NCBI GenBank assembly: GCA_963797855.1
Contig: CAWCQX010000003.1
Coordinates: forward strand, 10,642 to 74,641
Origin: an uncultured Chloroflexia bacterium
GTDB lineage: Bacteria > Chloroflexota > Limnocylindria > QHBO01
DNA: 64,000 nt
Reading direction: 5' to 3'
The position numbers were made by a program, and so were the translations under genes. Of this stretch, positions 21,040 through 32,216 are shown in pieces (within the stretch, counting starts at the first letter, position 1; each line of letters begins with the position of its first letter). The notes under the pieces are model-generated. The model did no database searches, was not told where the DNA came from, and saw only the letters and a program-made list of their open reading frames with translations.

Positions 21040-22184
21040 CGCTCGACCTCGCCCAGGTCCTCGACCGTGGCCTGCCCGGGATCGTCGTCCACTCCCACCG
21101 CGATCGGTCCGGCAGCGACGGCGGGCCGGCGACGTCGGAATGCCCAGCGCATGCCCGCGGGCACGACGAGCCGGGTCGAGAGGAAGGTCAGCAGCGCGGC
21201 GAGGGCGACGAACGTGATCGCGATGCGCGGCCACCAGTAGCCCGACCCGCTCTCGACCGCCTGATTGACCGGATTGCCGAACTGGTCCACCGGCTGGCAC
21301 ACGTCGCCGACGCAGTCGACCCCGCCGCCGAAGTTCGGCGTCTCACCGCGAAGCTGAGCCAGCAGGCCGTTGATGCCGCCGAAGCCGCCCGGCTCGGTGT
21401 TGCCGACGACGTCGAGCATCGCGATGCCCGGGTTGACGTACAGCAGCTGCTCCGGCGCACGCCGGGGTGGACCGATGCCGAAGCCATTCTCCTGGTTGAT
21501 CAGGAGGGTCCAGAAGCCGAAGAGCATGACCGTCCCGACCGTCAGCGCCAGCATCGTGATGTAGCTCAGGACGGTCGCGGCCTGCGTGCGCTTGAGGAGC
21601 GCGGAGAAGAAGAGGCCGATGGCGCCCAGCGCGACCGCCGTCGCGAGCAGGACCAGCTGCTGGCGCACGATGTCCTCGACCGACGCGCCGCCGTACATCA
21701 GCACGATCGCCGTGATCGGCACGGCCGCCACGATCATCAGCACGACGAAGGCGAGCGCGGCCAGGAGCTTGCCGAGGACGATCGCTCCGGGGCGCATCGG
21801 CGTGCTCACGAGCAGGTCGAGCGTCTGCTTCTCGCGCTCGAGGCTGATCTGCCCGGCCGTGAAGCCGGGTGCGATGAAGCAGATGAGGATGAGCTGGAAG
21901 ATCGAGAGAAGCGTGAAGATCGTCTGGCCCACGATCGCCGAGGTATTGGCCTGGTTCACGAAGCCGCCGCCGCCGAAGTTGTCGCGGGCAGTCGGCGCGA
22001 CGACCAGGTACGAGCCGTAGGTGATCAGCGCCAGCAGGCCCAGATAGATCGTCAGCACGATGAACGCCCGACGCCCGCGCATCCGCGAGCGCAGCTCCTT
22101 GACCATGATCGTGCCGACGCCGGCGAGGAACTCGCGGAACGCGGACCGGCGCGCCGGACGGATCGCCTCTGCCGTCGCCGTCAT
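21036..22184 (-). CDS. ABC-2 type transporter permease
   Basis: 383 aa from ATG 22184, which overlaps the ATPase stop (ATGA). Six or more TM segments. LSIFQLILICFIAPGFTAGQISLEREKQTLDLLVSTPM is typical of ABC-2/NosY-GldF-like permeases. The upstream part of ORF 21036-23177 is out-of-frame read-through. Confidence 0.8.
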   Translation of the reverse strand: MTATAEAIRPARRSAFREFLAGVGTIMVKELRSRMRGRRAFIVLTIYLGLLALITYGSYLVVAPTARDNFGGGGFVNQANTSAIVGQTIFTLLSIFQLILICFIAPGFTAGQISLEREKQTLDLLVSTPMRPGAIVLGKLLAALAFVVLMIVAAVPITAIVLMYGGASVEDIVRQQLVLLATAVALGAIGLFFSALLKRTQAATVLSYITMLALTVGTVMLFGFWTLLINQENGFGIGPPRRAPEQLLYVNPGIAMLDVVGNTEPGGFGGINGLLAQLRGETPNFGGGVDCVGDVCQPVDQFGNPVNQAVESGSGYWWPRIAITFVALAALLTFLSTRLVVPAGMRWAFRRRRPAVAAGPIAVGVDDDPGQATVEDLGEVER

Positions 22185-23158
22185 GCCGCCGCCTCGCTCC
22201 CGTCCTGCCCGGTGACCTTGAGGAAGATCTCCTCGAGATCGCTGGTGGCCTGCGCGAAGCCGACCACGCGGTGACCGGCCTCGATCATCGATCGCAGCAG
22301 CACGGCCTGGTCGTCGCCGGTGCCGTCGAACGCGACCTCCAGCCGCGTCGACCCGTCCGGGCTCTGCGCCGGCAGGACGTCGCCCACACGCGGATCGGTT
22401 CCGAGCCAGTCGGCCGCCGCCTGGATTGCCTCCGGGTCGCCGAGGATGTCGATGCGCAGGAGCGCGGTCGCGCGGAGGGAGCGCTCGATCTCGCTGATGC
22501 TTCCCGAGCGCAGGACGCGGCCGTGGTCGACGATCGCGACGCCGGTGCACATCTCGCCGAGCTCGGGGAGGATGTGGCTGCTGACGAGGATCGTCTTGCC
22601 CATCGCCCGCAGCTCGCGGAGGATCTCGCGCATCTCGACTCGCGCCCGCGGATCGAGGCCCGATGCCGGCTCGTCGAGGATCAGCAGCGTCGGGTCGTGG
22701 ACGAGCGTGTGGGCGAGGCACAGGCGCTGGCGCATGCCTCGCGACAGCGTCTCGACGTACGCCTGGCGCTTGTCGGCCAGCCCGACGATCTCGAGCAGCT
22801 CGCCGACCATCGTCGGTCGGCGGTTGGCGGCGATGCCATAGCAGCGAGCGAAGAAGTCGAGGTACTCCCAGACGCGCAGGTCGTCGTAGACGCCGTAGAA
22901 GTCGGGCATGTAGCCGATGCGGCGCCGGACCTCGATCGGGTCGGCGGCCACCGGGATCCCGGTGATGTACGCCTCGCCCGAGGACGGAGCGAGCAGGGTG
23001 GCGAGGATCTTCATCGTCGTCGTCTTGCCGGCCCCGTTCGGGCCGACCAGCCCGAAGATCTCGCCATGGCCGATGACGAGGTCGAGGCCGGCGACGGCGA
23101 GCTGGTCGTCGTAGCGCTTCACGAGGCCACGGGTCTCGACGACGGGAACGTCGATCAT
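22181..23158 (-). CDS. ABC transporter ATP-binding protein (ABC-2 exporter type)
   Basis: From ATG 23158 (MIDVPVVETRGLVKRY): Walker A GPNGAGKTT, signature LSRGMRQRLCLAHT, Walker B LILDEPASGLD. ATG overlaps the upstream stop (ATGA, 23155-23158). Confidence 0.9.
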   Translation of the reverse strand: MIDVPVVETRGLVKRYDDQLAVAGLDLVIGHGEIFGLVGPNGAGKTTTMKILATLLAPSSGEAYITGIPVAADPIEVRRRIGYMPDFYGVYDDLRVWEYLDFFARCYGIAANRRPTMVGELLEIVGLADKRQAYVETLSRGMRQRLCLAHTLVHDPTLLILDEPASGLDPRARVEMREILRELRAMGKTILVSSHILPELGEMCTGVAIVDHGRVLRSGSISEIERSLRATALLRIDILGDPEAIQAAADWLGTDPRVGDVLPAQSPDGSTRLEVAFDGTGDDQAVLLRSMIEAGHRVVGFAQATSDLEEIFLKVTGQDGSEAAA

Positions 23159-25565
23159 CGGTCCAGCACCCCGGCAACCTGTGCGCTCGGGTAGACGCCG
23201 CCCTGGCCGAAGTCCGGATTGTTCGGGACGCCCGTCACGCGGACGACGATACGCCCGGTTGAGCTCAGCACGGTGGATGGATCGTCGATCACGAACTCGC
23301 TCTGCTGGCCCAGGTCGCCGAGCTCGGTCCAGGCTCCGGTCGTCGGGTGCTGGACCTCGACCGTGAATCCCTGCGGCCAGAAGCCGCCGAACCCGCCCGG
23401 GTCGCTGAAGACGAAGCTCGGATCCGGCCCGACGATGATCTCGACTTCGGTCGGGACGATCCCGGCCGCCTCGAGCGGCAGGGCGATGCTCCACGTCGCC
23501 GAGCCCTCGCCGAGGGTCATCATCCCGCCGCCGGCCGGGTTCGCATCGCCCTCGGTCTCGATCACGTCGACGCCCATCTGGTGCGGGAGGATCGTGACCT
23601 GCCCGGTGGCCAGCGCGGGCCGGACGCTGAGCACCTCCACCGACGCGCGATAGACCTGCGCCTGCAGGTTGTCGATCGCCACCGGCATCGGTCCGGCCTC
23701 GTCGCGCCAGCCGATGACGTACGGCCCGCGCCGGCCGACGTCCACGCTCACCGGCCCGAACGAGGCGTAGCCGACGAGCGAGTCGATCACCTGGCGGCGC
23801 AGCGTGACGAGTCGCTGCTGCTCATCGCCGGCCTCGAAGCCGCCGAATCCATAGACCTGGTCGGCCGCCGACGAGCCGTTGAAGTTCGTGCCCGGCAGCT
23901 GGAACTCGGCGCTGGCGCCCGGCGCGAGGTCGCCGATCCGCTCGCCGCCGACCATGCTGATGTACGCGACGTCCTCGATCGCGGCGTCGGAGGTGTTCGT
24001 GACGGTCCCGACGACCTTCCCGTCGTTCGTGCTCCACTCGACGGACAGGGCGGCCTCGTGCTCGACGATGCCGGTGGCGCGGACGGCCTCGAAGCCGAAG
24101 ACCGGGATCGTCAGGCCACGGAGGTGGGCGGGCTCGCCCTGGTCGATCTCCACGTCGCTCGCCTGGCGCGGCAGGCCGTCCTGGCGTTGCAGCTGGCCGA
24201 TCAGCGCATCGGCCTCGACGGTCAGGTCGTAGGTGCTTCGATCGGGCGAGACGATCCCGGAGAACGTGTCGACGGTCGCGGAGCCGCCCTCGGATGTCGT
24301 GCGGATGACGGAGATCTCGTTCACGACGACGTCACCGCCCTTCATCGTCCGGCCGATCCCATACGAGCAGGCCGTGAAGAGGACGACGAGGATCGGAGCC
24401 GTGACCCAGGCCAGCTCGCGGCGGTCGATTCGTCGCAGGACGAAGTAGCTGATCGGGCCGATGAGCAGGATGTACGCGACGATCACCACGAGGAGCAGCT
24501 CGGCCGGCGGCACGTCGAGCGCGGGGAGCGTGCTCAAGGCGCCGCTCATCGCGTTCTCCATCTCCTGCCGAACCGGGAATTGACCGCCGAAGAACTGCTC
24601 GAGGGCGGCGTTCGTCGGGAGCAGCCGCGACCAGAGGCGAGTCGCGCCCGGCCAGCCGCGGAACTCGTCCGTCGCCAGGTCGGTCCCGACGAAGATGACG
24701 CGACCGGCGCCGATCGGGCGCATCGAGACGAGGACCTCGCCATCATCGGCCGCGATCAGCTCCGCCGCGCCGTCGCGCAGGTCGCCGGTCGAGACGGTTG
24801 CCGTCGCAACGGGAGCCTCCGCCTCGCCGGAGAATGCCGCGAACGCGTCCTGCGAGACGCCGTCGACGGCGGCGAGGTTCTCGAGCGGCAGGAGGTCGGC
24901 GAAGCCCGCGGTTCGAGCCTGCCAGTCGCCCCCGCCGATCACGACCAGCTGCCCGCCTTCGCCGACCCAGCGCTCGACGGCGCGTCGCTGCGCCTCGTTC
25001 AGCTCGCTGCTGTCACCGGCCCACACGATCGCGGCGAGGCCGCCGAGCGGCTCGGGTCGTTCGGGGATGTCGCTCGGGCCGAGGGCGATCGGCTCGGGTC
25101 CGGAGAGCTCGCCATCGCCGATCAGCTGCGGCCGGAGGGCTCCCGTCCCGTCGCCGACGACCACGACCTGGTCGTTGGACTGCTCGAGGACTCGGACGTC
25201 GACCTTCGCGTTGACCGCGCCGTTCGGCTCGTCGTACGTCACGGTCGACCTCGCGCTGGAAGGCCTCCGGCTGGACGTAGAGCATCACGACCTTGCGGGC
25301 GCCCGCGGGCATCTCGACGAAGCGGCGCACCGTCCCGATCGAGGTCTCGGCGACGAGGTAGCCGCTCGTCGGCTCGCCCTCGTTCGCGAGCGACACCGAG
25401 AGCGCGAGCCAGCCGCCGACCTCGTACCGGCCGCGCGACGAGCGCGCGCGCCTCGATCTGCACCGCGCTGGCCGCGTGAGCGGGGAGGGGAGCGAGCAGC
25501 ACGACCATCGCAGCGCCGAGCACGGCGGCGCGAATGGCACGGGTCAGGAGGGTCCGGCTCGTCAT
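23155..25565 (-). pseudogene. Large exported/membrane protein, possible ABC auxiliary (GldG-like) component; frame broken at ~25440 and ~25246
   Basis: Signal peptide MTSRTLLTRAIRAAVLGAAMVVLLAPLPAHAAS (ATG 25565, GAGAGGA upstream). Segment AAIVWAGDSSELNEAQRRAVERWVGEGGQLVVIGGGDW. Central TM pair LLLVVIVAYILLIGPISYFVL / VTAPILVVLFTACSYGIG. The GldG-like assignment is a weak recollection. Confidence 0.5.
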
Positions 25566-25698
25566 CGTCCTCTCGGGTTGGGTGAATGGCCCGGGCCCCG
25601 GGTCCCCCGGTAGACGCCCCCGGACAGCGTCGAGTTGCACGCTGGCGCTCGGGTGCGCGGCGAGTGTAGGGAAGCCGGACACCCGATGCTAGAGTGCA

Positions 25699-27610
25699 AT
25701 GCTGGTCATGGAATCCCGGTCCGATCGTCCGCATGAGCTCGAGCGCCAGCTCGAGCGACGGATGCGCGCCCAGGAGCGCCAGCTCGCCTGGGTTCGGCTG
25801 GGGATGGTGGCGCTGGCGGCCGCCGTCCTGCTCATCGTCGCGCCGACGATGCCGGGCATCGAGATCCTTCTCGCCGTCCTCGGCGTGGTCGCCGCCTGGA
25901 GCGTCCTCGTCTTCTGGCTCCTGCGCCGCTTCCCGGCGCGCGAGGTCGGGATCATCAGCACGGTCGTCGAGATGGCCGCGGTCACGATCGCGGTCTACGT
26001 CGCGGTGGACGCGCCCGACCTCTATCTCCTGTACGGGCTCGTCATCCTCGGTGCCGCGCTGCGGTTCGGCCTCGGCGCCGCGGTGTGGTCCTCGATCGTC
26101 ATGACCGGCATGTACCTCGCGGTCGTGCTCCCGGGCGACCGGCTGGACGAGGCGAGCCTCGACGCGCTGCCCGTTCGGATCGCCTACCTCATCGGCTTCG
26201 GCGTCGTGGCCGGCCTCTTCAGCCGGATCGTCATCGGCCGCGCGGAGGAGAACGCGAAGCTCCAGGCACAGCTCGTCGAGGAGGAGCGCGAGCGCGAGCA
26301 GACGCGGGAGCGCGAGCTGCTCAGCCGGCTCGGCCGCGACTTCGGCGCCTCGCTCGAGCGGGCGGCGACGCTCGAGGCGATCGCCGTCGGTTCGGCACCG
26401 GTGCTCGGCGGCGCGACCCTCGTCTTCACGATCGACGACGTCGAGCAGTGCCTCGAGCCGGCGGCGGCCGCCGGTCCCGACGGCGAGCTGGTCGAGGCGT
26501 GGCGCGCGTTCGCCGATGGACGCCACCCGCGGCTCGGCGACGGGCTGATCGGCGCCGTCGGCGCGACCGCCGCGACGCGCCAGGCCACCGCCACGGATAT
26601 CCCGACCGGCGATCCCGACGGGATGCGCGCGCTCGGCGTCGACTGGCTCGTGGCGGTGCCGATCCTGGCCGGCGGCCGCCTCCAGGGCGTGCTCGCCACC
26701 GCCGGCCGAAGCGATCGGCCGCTCGAGGAGCGGATCCCGCGCATGGCCGAGGCGGTCGCCGAGCGGGCCGGGCCCGGCGCTCCAGAACGCGCAGCTGTGG
26801 TCCGACCTCCAGGAGCGGATGGCGCGCGAGCAGGCGGCGACGCGGATCAAGGACGACTTCCTCTCGATCGTCAGCCACGAGCTGCGGACGCCGCTGACCA
26901 GCATCCAGGGCTACTCCCAGCTGCTCGAGGGTCGCCTGCGCAGCGAGCACGACGGCGAGAGCAAGGAGATGGCGCACCTCCGCGTCATCCGCTCGCAGGT
27001 CGGGCGCATGCGCCGGCTCGTCGACGACCTGCTCGACGTGAGCCGCATCGACCGGCGCGGCGGCGTGAGCATCGAGCCGATCGACTTCGACCTTGCGGAC
27101 GAGATCCACGAGGCGGTCGGCCGCGTCCGCCGCGAGCACACCGACCGGACGATCGCGATCAGCGCGCCGGACAGCCTGCCGATCCACGCCGATCGCGACC
27201 GGCTGGGCCAGGTGATCAGCAACCTGCTCGAGAACGCGGTGAAGTACTCGCCGGACGGCGGGACGATCGATGTCGTCGCCGAGCGCCGCGGGGGCGAGGT
27301 CGAGGTCCGCGTCTCCGACACCGGCGTCGGGATTCCCGCCGAGCACCGAGAGAACGTGTTCGAGCGCTTCTACCAGGCCGATGGGGATGCCGGGCGGCGC
27401 CGATTCGGCGGCCTCGGCCTCGGCCTCTACATCAGCCGGGCGATCATCGACGCGCACAGCGGGCGGATCTGGGCGGCCGAGAACGTCGAGGCCGGGTCGG
27501 GCTCGGTCTTCGGCTTCCGGATCCCGCGCGTGGCGATGCCGCTCGCGAGATCGGAGATCGCCCCGACCGGCGAGGCGCCGGCATTCGTCCTCCGCCGCAG
27601 AGAGGAGTGA
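25699..27610 (+). pseudogene. Membrane sensor histidine kinase with GAF-like domain; frame broken at ~26777 (apparent extra G)
   Basis: N-terminal multi-TM region and GAF-like middle. After the frame shift: ALQNAQLWSDLQERM, H-box FLSIVSHELRTPLTSI, N-box NLLENAVKYSP, G1 DTGVGIP, G2 GGLGLGLYISR. The start may be ATG 25699 or 25708. Confidence 0.85.
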
Positions 27611-27611
27611 G

Positions 27612-28699
27612 GTGAGCGTCTCGAGGACGCGCCGGCGGCTGGACGAGCTGGCCGCCCGACACGGGCTGCACCTCGTCGGCGTCACGAGCGCCGAGCCGAT
27701 GCCTGCCGACCGCGATCGGATGGAGGAGAGCGTCGCCGCCGGCCGGATGGGTCGGATGGGCTGGATGGGCGGCTCGCGGCCGGCGCAGGCAACCGATCCT
27801 CGCCGGCATGACCCGGAGGCGCGGTCGGTCATCACCGTTGCCGCGCCGTACGTCGGGGCCGAGCGCGCCGCGTGGGACGACCGGCCCGGGGCACTCCACG
27901 AGGCGCTCGCGCCGGTCCTCGCCGGTGCGCCGGCGCGAGCCCGCCGGGCGGATCGCCCGCTACGCGATCGGCAGCGACTACCACGGCGCCCTCCGCGGGC
28001 GCCTCGAAGGGCCTTGCCGCCGACCTGCGGGCGTCGGGGATCGCGGCGGGCGAAACCGCCTACGTCGACGACCGGCCGCTGGCCGAGCGCGCGCTCGCCG
28101 CGCGCGGCGGTCTCGGCTGGATCGGCAAGAACACGAACCTGCTCACCCACGAGCGCGCCGGCTCCTGGGTCTTCCTCGGCGCGATCCTCACCTCCGCCGA
28201 GCTGCCGGCCGACGCACCGGTGCGCACGTCATGCGGCTCGTGCACGCGGTGCCTCACCGGCTGCCCGACGGGTGCGCTCGTCGCGCCGCGGACGATCGAC
28301 GCCCGGCGCTGCATCAGCTATCTCACGATCGAGCATCCCGGGGTCCTCGACGCGTGGGAGGCGGGAGCGATCGGCGACTGGATCTTCGGCTGCGACGTGT
28401 GCCAGGAGGTCTGCCCGGTCAATGCCGACGCCGACGACTCCGGCCCGCTCCGCGTCCCGCTGCTGCCGCTCATCGAGTGGCTCCTCCCGATCGGCACGCG
28501 CGCCTTCGAGCGCGCGTTCGCCGCGACGGCGCTCACGCGGGCGGGCCGCCATCGCCTCCTGCGGAATGCGATCGCGGCGCTCGGGAATGCCGGTCCGCTG
28601 ACCGATGACGGGCGTGCGCTCCTGGAGCGGGCTGCGCGCGACCGGCGGGAAGAAGTCCGGGCACAGGCCGCGGGCGTCCTGGCGGCCGCGACGGCCTGA
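27612..28699 (+). pseudogene. queG: Epoxyqueuosine reductase; frame broken at ~27937 and ~28010
   Basis: GRIARYAIGSDYH, GLGWIGKNTNLLT, ferredoxin-type clusters CGSCTRCLTGCP and CDVCQEVCP, and a HEAT-like C-terminus. The pieces lie in three frames (ORFs 27270-28601, 27808-28608, 27872-28699). Confidence 0.8.
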
Positions 28700-28730
28700 C
28701 GGGCGGAATCGCCACTATCCTTGCGCGCGA

Positions 28731-30074
28731 ATGCCGCGCGTCGCGCCCTTCCGCGGGCTGCACTACTCCATCGAACGATTCGGCGGGACGGCCGTGCCCG
28801 ATCGCGTGCGGCTGGCCGACGACGACGACGCCGCGCCGACCCGGCTCGCCGACATCACCGACGTCGTCTGCCCGCCGTACGACGTCATCGACGAGGAGAT
28901 GCGCCGCGCGCTCCTGGCTCGCGATCCGCACAACGCCGTTCGGCTCGAGCTCAGCGCGGAGACCGATCCGCACGCCGCCGCCGCGGAGGCGCTGGCATCG
29001 TGGACCGCCGATGGAATCCTCGAGCGGCGGGCGGAGCCGGCCGTCTACTACTACCGGCACGCGACCGCCGGCGACCCGAACACGCCGACGGTCGAGGGCG
29101 TGGTCGCGCGCGTGCTGCTCGAGCCGTGGGGCGATGGCGTCCGCCGCCACGAGCACACGATGCCGGGTCCGAAGGCCGACCGACTGGCGCTGCTTCGCTC
29201 CACGAACGCGCAGCTCAGCCCGATCATCGGCCTCTACTTCGACCGCTCCGAGCGCTACCACCACATCATGAGCCGGGCCTGGAGCGACGAGTGGCGGGCG
29301 CGCGACGGCGACGGGCTCCTCCACCAGGTGGCCGCGACCGAGGCGGACGATCGGCTCATCGGCTACCTCGGTCGTCAGACCCTGTTCGTGGCCGACGGCC
29401 ATCATCGGTACGAGACGGCCCTCGCGTACCAGGCCGAGGTCCGCGACGACGCGCGCTGGGCCGATGCGCCCCCGGGCTCGCTCGGCGCCGACTGGATCAT
29501 GATGCTGCTCGTCAACGCGGAGCTCGTCGAGCTCGAGATCCGGCCGACGCATCGGCTCCTGCTGGGCGTCGACACCGATCCGCTTCGCGAGCTGGTGGCC
29601 GGCGAGGATCCGCTGTGGCAGGCGATCCCGATCGCGCCGGCGCAGCTCGGCGAGGTCCTCGAGGAGCGCGCCGGCGACGAGGAACCGACCTTCGGCCTCG
29701 TCCTGCCCGATGACGACGGGTACCTGCTGGTCGGCGATCCCGACGGCCTGGACGATCGCCTGCGTCGCGAGGGGATGGGCCGCGAGGTTCGTGCCCTCGA
29801 CCTCTCCGCGCTCCACGTGTCGGTCCTCGATGACCGGCTCGGCATCGGCCCCGACGAGGTCGCCGCCGGCACCCGCCTGGCCTACACTAGGAGCGAGTCC
29901 GATGCGCGCGAGCGCGTGGCACGCGGCGAGGCGACCGCCGCCATCCTGGTGCGGCCCACGCGCCTCGATCAGCTGGCCGCCGTGGCCGCAGCCGGCGACG
30001 TGATGCCGCAGAAGTCGACGTACTTCTACCCGAAGCTGCTGACCGGCATGGTCTTCAACCCCCTGGAGGACTGA
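28731..30074 (+). CDS. DUF1015 family protein
   Basis: From ATG 28731: MPRVAPFRGLHY, VADGHHRYETALAY, VMPQKSTYFYPKLLTGMVFNPL, all DUF1015 hallmarks. The first 42 codons of ORF 28605-30074 are probably not translated. Confidence 0.8.
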   Translation: MPRVAPFRGLHYSIERFGGTAVPDRVRLADDDDAAPTRLADITDVVCPPYDVIDEEMRRALLARDPHNAVRLELSAETDPHAAAAEALASWTADGILERRAEPAVYYYRHATAGDPNTPTVEGVVARVLLEPWGDGVRRHEHTMPGPKADRLALLRSTNAQLSPIIGLYFDRSERYHHIMSRAWSDEWRARDGDGLLHQVAATEADDRLIGYLGRQTLFVADGHHRYETALAYQAEVRDDARWADAPPGSLGADWIMMLLVNAELVELEIRPTHRLLLGVDTDPLRELVAGEDPLWQAIPIAPAQLGEVLEERAGDEEPTFGLVLPDDDGYLLVGDPDGLDDRLRREGMGREVRALDLSALHVSVLDDRLGIGPDEVAAGTRLAYTRSESDARERVARGEATAAILVRPTRLDQLAAVAAAGDVMPQKSTYFYPKLLTGMVFNPLED

Positions 30075-30083
30075 CGAGCCCAC

Positions 30084-30959
30084 ATGGTGCAGGCGATCAA
30101 GCGCGACGAGGTGTTCATCGAGCCCGAGGGGATCCACATCGAGACGCACCAGCCCGAGCGCCGCTCGCGGAAGCCTCCGCTGCTGCTCGTGCACGGCGCC
30201 CTCACCGGCTCGTGGCTGTGGACCGAGCTCGCGGCCTACCTCGCCGAGCGCGGCTGGGAGGCCCACGCGATGAACCTCCGCGGCCACTTCACCTCCGACG
30301 TCGCCGATCTCGAGACGACGACGATGCGCGACTACGCCAACGACATCGGCGTGGCGATGCGCCAGCTCGGCCGGCCGGCCGTCATCCTCGGTTGGGGAAT
30401 CGGTGCGCTGGCCGCGCTGATGTACGCCGAGCGCTCCCCGGTGCTCGGCCTCGTCCTGCTGGCTCCGTCACCCCCGGCCGCGGCACTGCCCCGCCGGCCC
30501 GAGGAGCACGAGCTCCGCGCCGTCCCCGCCGTGTACGACGCCGAGTGGTGGGGCTGGACCGGCACGCTCGAGGAGCTTCGGGAGCGGATGCCGGACATGG
30601 ACGAGCACGACCTGACGAAGATGAGCGAGCTCCTCGACGGCGCCCGGGAGTCCGGGCTCGCGCGACGCGAACGGATGGAGGGCGTGGCCGTCGACACCTC
30701 CGGGCTGGTCGATACCCCGAGCCTCGTCATCGGCGCCGGGATGGACGACGTCATCCACCCCAACGAGGCGCGCCAGACGGCCGATCTCCTCGGCGCCTCG
30801 TACGAGTACTTCCCGTCCGCCTCGCACTTCGGGCTGGTGATGGGGGAGCACACCTGGCCGGCGGTGGCACAGAGCGTCCTCGGCTGGCTCGAGGAGCGAC
30901 GACCCGCCATGGCCGCCGCCGCGGCGGCCTCCGGCGTCCCGGTCGGAGCGCGCCGCTAG
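30084..30959 (+). CDS. Alpha/beta-hydrolase-fold protein with Gly at the nucleophile position
   Basis: 291-aa ORF with PPLLLVHGALTGSWLW and the elbow ILGWGIGALAALMYA (GxSxG replaced by GWGIG). Confidence 0.7.
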   Translation: MVQAIKRDEVFIEPEGIHIETHQPERRSRKPPLLLVHGALTGSWLWTELAAYLAERGWEAHAMNLRGHFTSDVADLETTTMRDYANDIGVAMRQLGRPAVILGWGIGALAALMYAERSPVLGLVLLAPSPPAAALPRRPEEHELRAVPAVYDAEWWGWTGTLEELRERMPDMDEHDLTKMSELLDGARESGLARRERMEGVAVDTSGLVDTPSLVIGAGMDDVIHPNEARQTADLLGASYEYFPSASHFGLVMGEHTWPAVAQSVLGWLEERRPAMAAAAAASGVPVGARR

Positions 30960-30994
30960 CGGTTCGATCGGTTTGCCAGCTCGCTCGCGGCCCT

Positions 30995-31003
30995 TGCTAG
31001 ACT
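30995..31003 (+). promoter_or_regulatory. Extended -10 element TGcTAGACT upstream of tRNA-Glu
   Basis: TGCTAGACT lies 24 nt upstream of the tRNA 5' end. TTGCCA at 30973-30978 is a possible -35 (19-nt spacer). Confidence 0.35.
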
Positions 31004-31026
31004 CGGGCCCGTCCAGAGGACGTCGT

Positions 31027-31103
31027 GCCGCATTCGTCTAGAGGCCTAGGACACCGCCCTCTCAAGGCGGAGATCACCGGTTCGAATCCGGTATGCGGTA
31101 CCA
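31027..31103 (+). tRNA. tRNA-Glu (anticodon CUC), CCA encoded
   Basis: GCCGCAT acceptor stem pairs with ATGCGGT. D-loop TCTAGAGGCCTAGGAC. Anticodon stem CCGCC/GGCGG with loop CTCTCAA. T-arm GGTTCGAATCC. Ends in ACCA. Confidence 0.9.
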
Positions 31104-31120
31104 GCACTCATTGCAAGAGA

Positions 31121-31146
31121 GCCCCGATTCGAGCTCGAATCGGGGC
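31121..31146. terminator. Bidirectional hairpin terminator between tRNA-Glu and the convergent peptidase gene
   Basis: Perfect 26-bp palindrome GCCCCGATTCGAGCTCGAATCGGGGC, followed by TTCCTGTT on the plus strand. Confidence 0.5.
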
Positions 31147-31191
31147 TTCCTGTTGGTCTCGGATCGGCTGATTCGCCGCCCGTCGAGGGCG

Positions 31192-32133
31192 TCAGGTTGC
31201 GCGCCAGAACAGCCAGGCGTCGCGCATCCGCTGGACCTGGCCCGGGGTGAACTGCGTGATGCACGAGTCGTCCGAGTAGTCCATGTAGTTGTGGATCGGG
31301 TCGAGACCCGGAGCCGGGCAGGTGTCCTTGCCCTCGGGCAGCCGGACGTCGCGGACTTCTGGGGCGGCGTGTCGCTGACGAAGTCGCCGTTCTTGTTGCA
31401 CTGCCCGAAGAAGGTGTGCTCGAGGTTCAGCCAGTGGCCGGCCTCATGGGTGAGCGTGTCGCCCTCATCGGAGACGCCTGCGTATTCGGTCGAGACGCCG
31501 GGCATCGTCCGCCAGTCGATCACGATGCCGTCGAGGTAGGCCTGGGCGGTGTCGGTGATCTCGGGCAGATACGCGTAGCCGAGAAGGGCTCCGCCGCTCG
31601 TCGAGTAGACGTTGAGGGCGTTATCGCCACCCTGCTTCAGCGCTCGCTTCATGTCGTGCTCGGCGCCGGCTGACTGGGACCTGATACCAGACGGCGTTGT
31701 TCGTGCGGGTGACGCCGGAGAGCGAGAACGTGAAGCCGGTGGCCGCCCCACCCTCGCCGCCGCTGAAGCCACGGTTGATCGCGCTGATCTGGCTGTGGAT
31801 CTGCGCATTCGTGACGGCGCCCGCGGCACCGTCCGTCACGACGTGCCAGTACACCGGGACGGTGACCGAGAAATTGCTCGGCGCGCGGCCCTTGGCCGCC
31901 TTCGGGAGGTCGTGAACGACCTGGGCTGTGTCCTTGTCGCGGACAAGACCGTGGCTGTCGACCGACCCGCCTCGGGCTTCGGCGCTCGCGCCCGCGGCAG
32001 CGGCGATCTCATCCGGAGAGCACGCCCAGGCGGGCGCGCCATTCCCCGCGGGCGACGCCGTGGCCGGGCCGGCCAGCGAGAGGGACAGGGCGGCCGACGC
32101 GAACAGGGTCAGGGCGCGACGTACGACGGTCAT
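31192..32133 (-). pseudogene. Secreted M43-family (pappalysin/ulilysin-like) zinc metallopeptidase; frame broken at ~31678 and ~31335
   Basis: Signal peptide MTVVRRALTLFASAALSLSLAGPATA. Zinc site [15 protein letters not shown]-terminus [39 protein letters not shown] is recovered in a third frame (ORFs 31621-32148, 31074-31829, 31192-31401). Confidence 0.75.
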
Positions 32134-32216
32134 CAGGCGGTCCTCCAACTGGGGCGGCCGTGTCCGCCGCCATCTCCCGTGCCCGGCTGAATGTACTCGA
32201 GAGCCGACGGGCAGGG

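Noticed and set aside
28533-30287. 584-aa minus-strand ORF
   Set aside because: It is antisense to the DUF1015 gene, whose plus-strand product carries the family's signature motifs.
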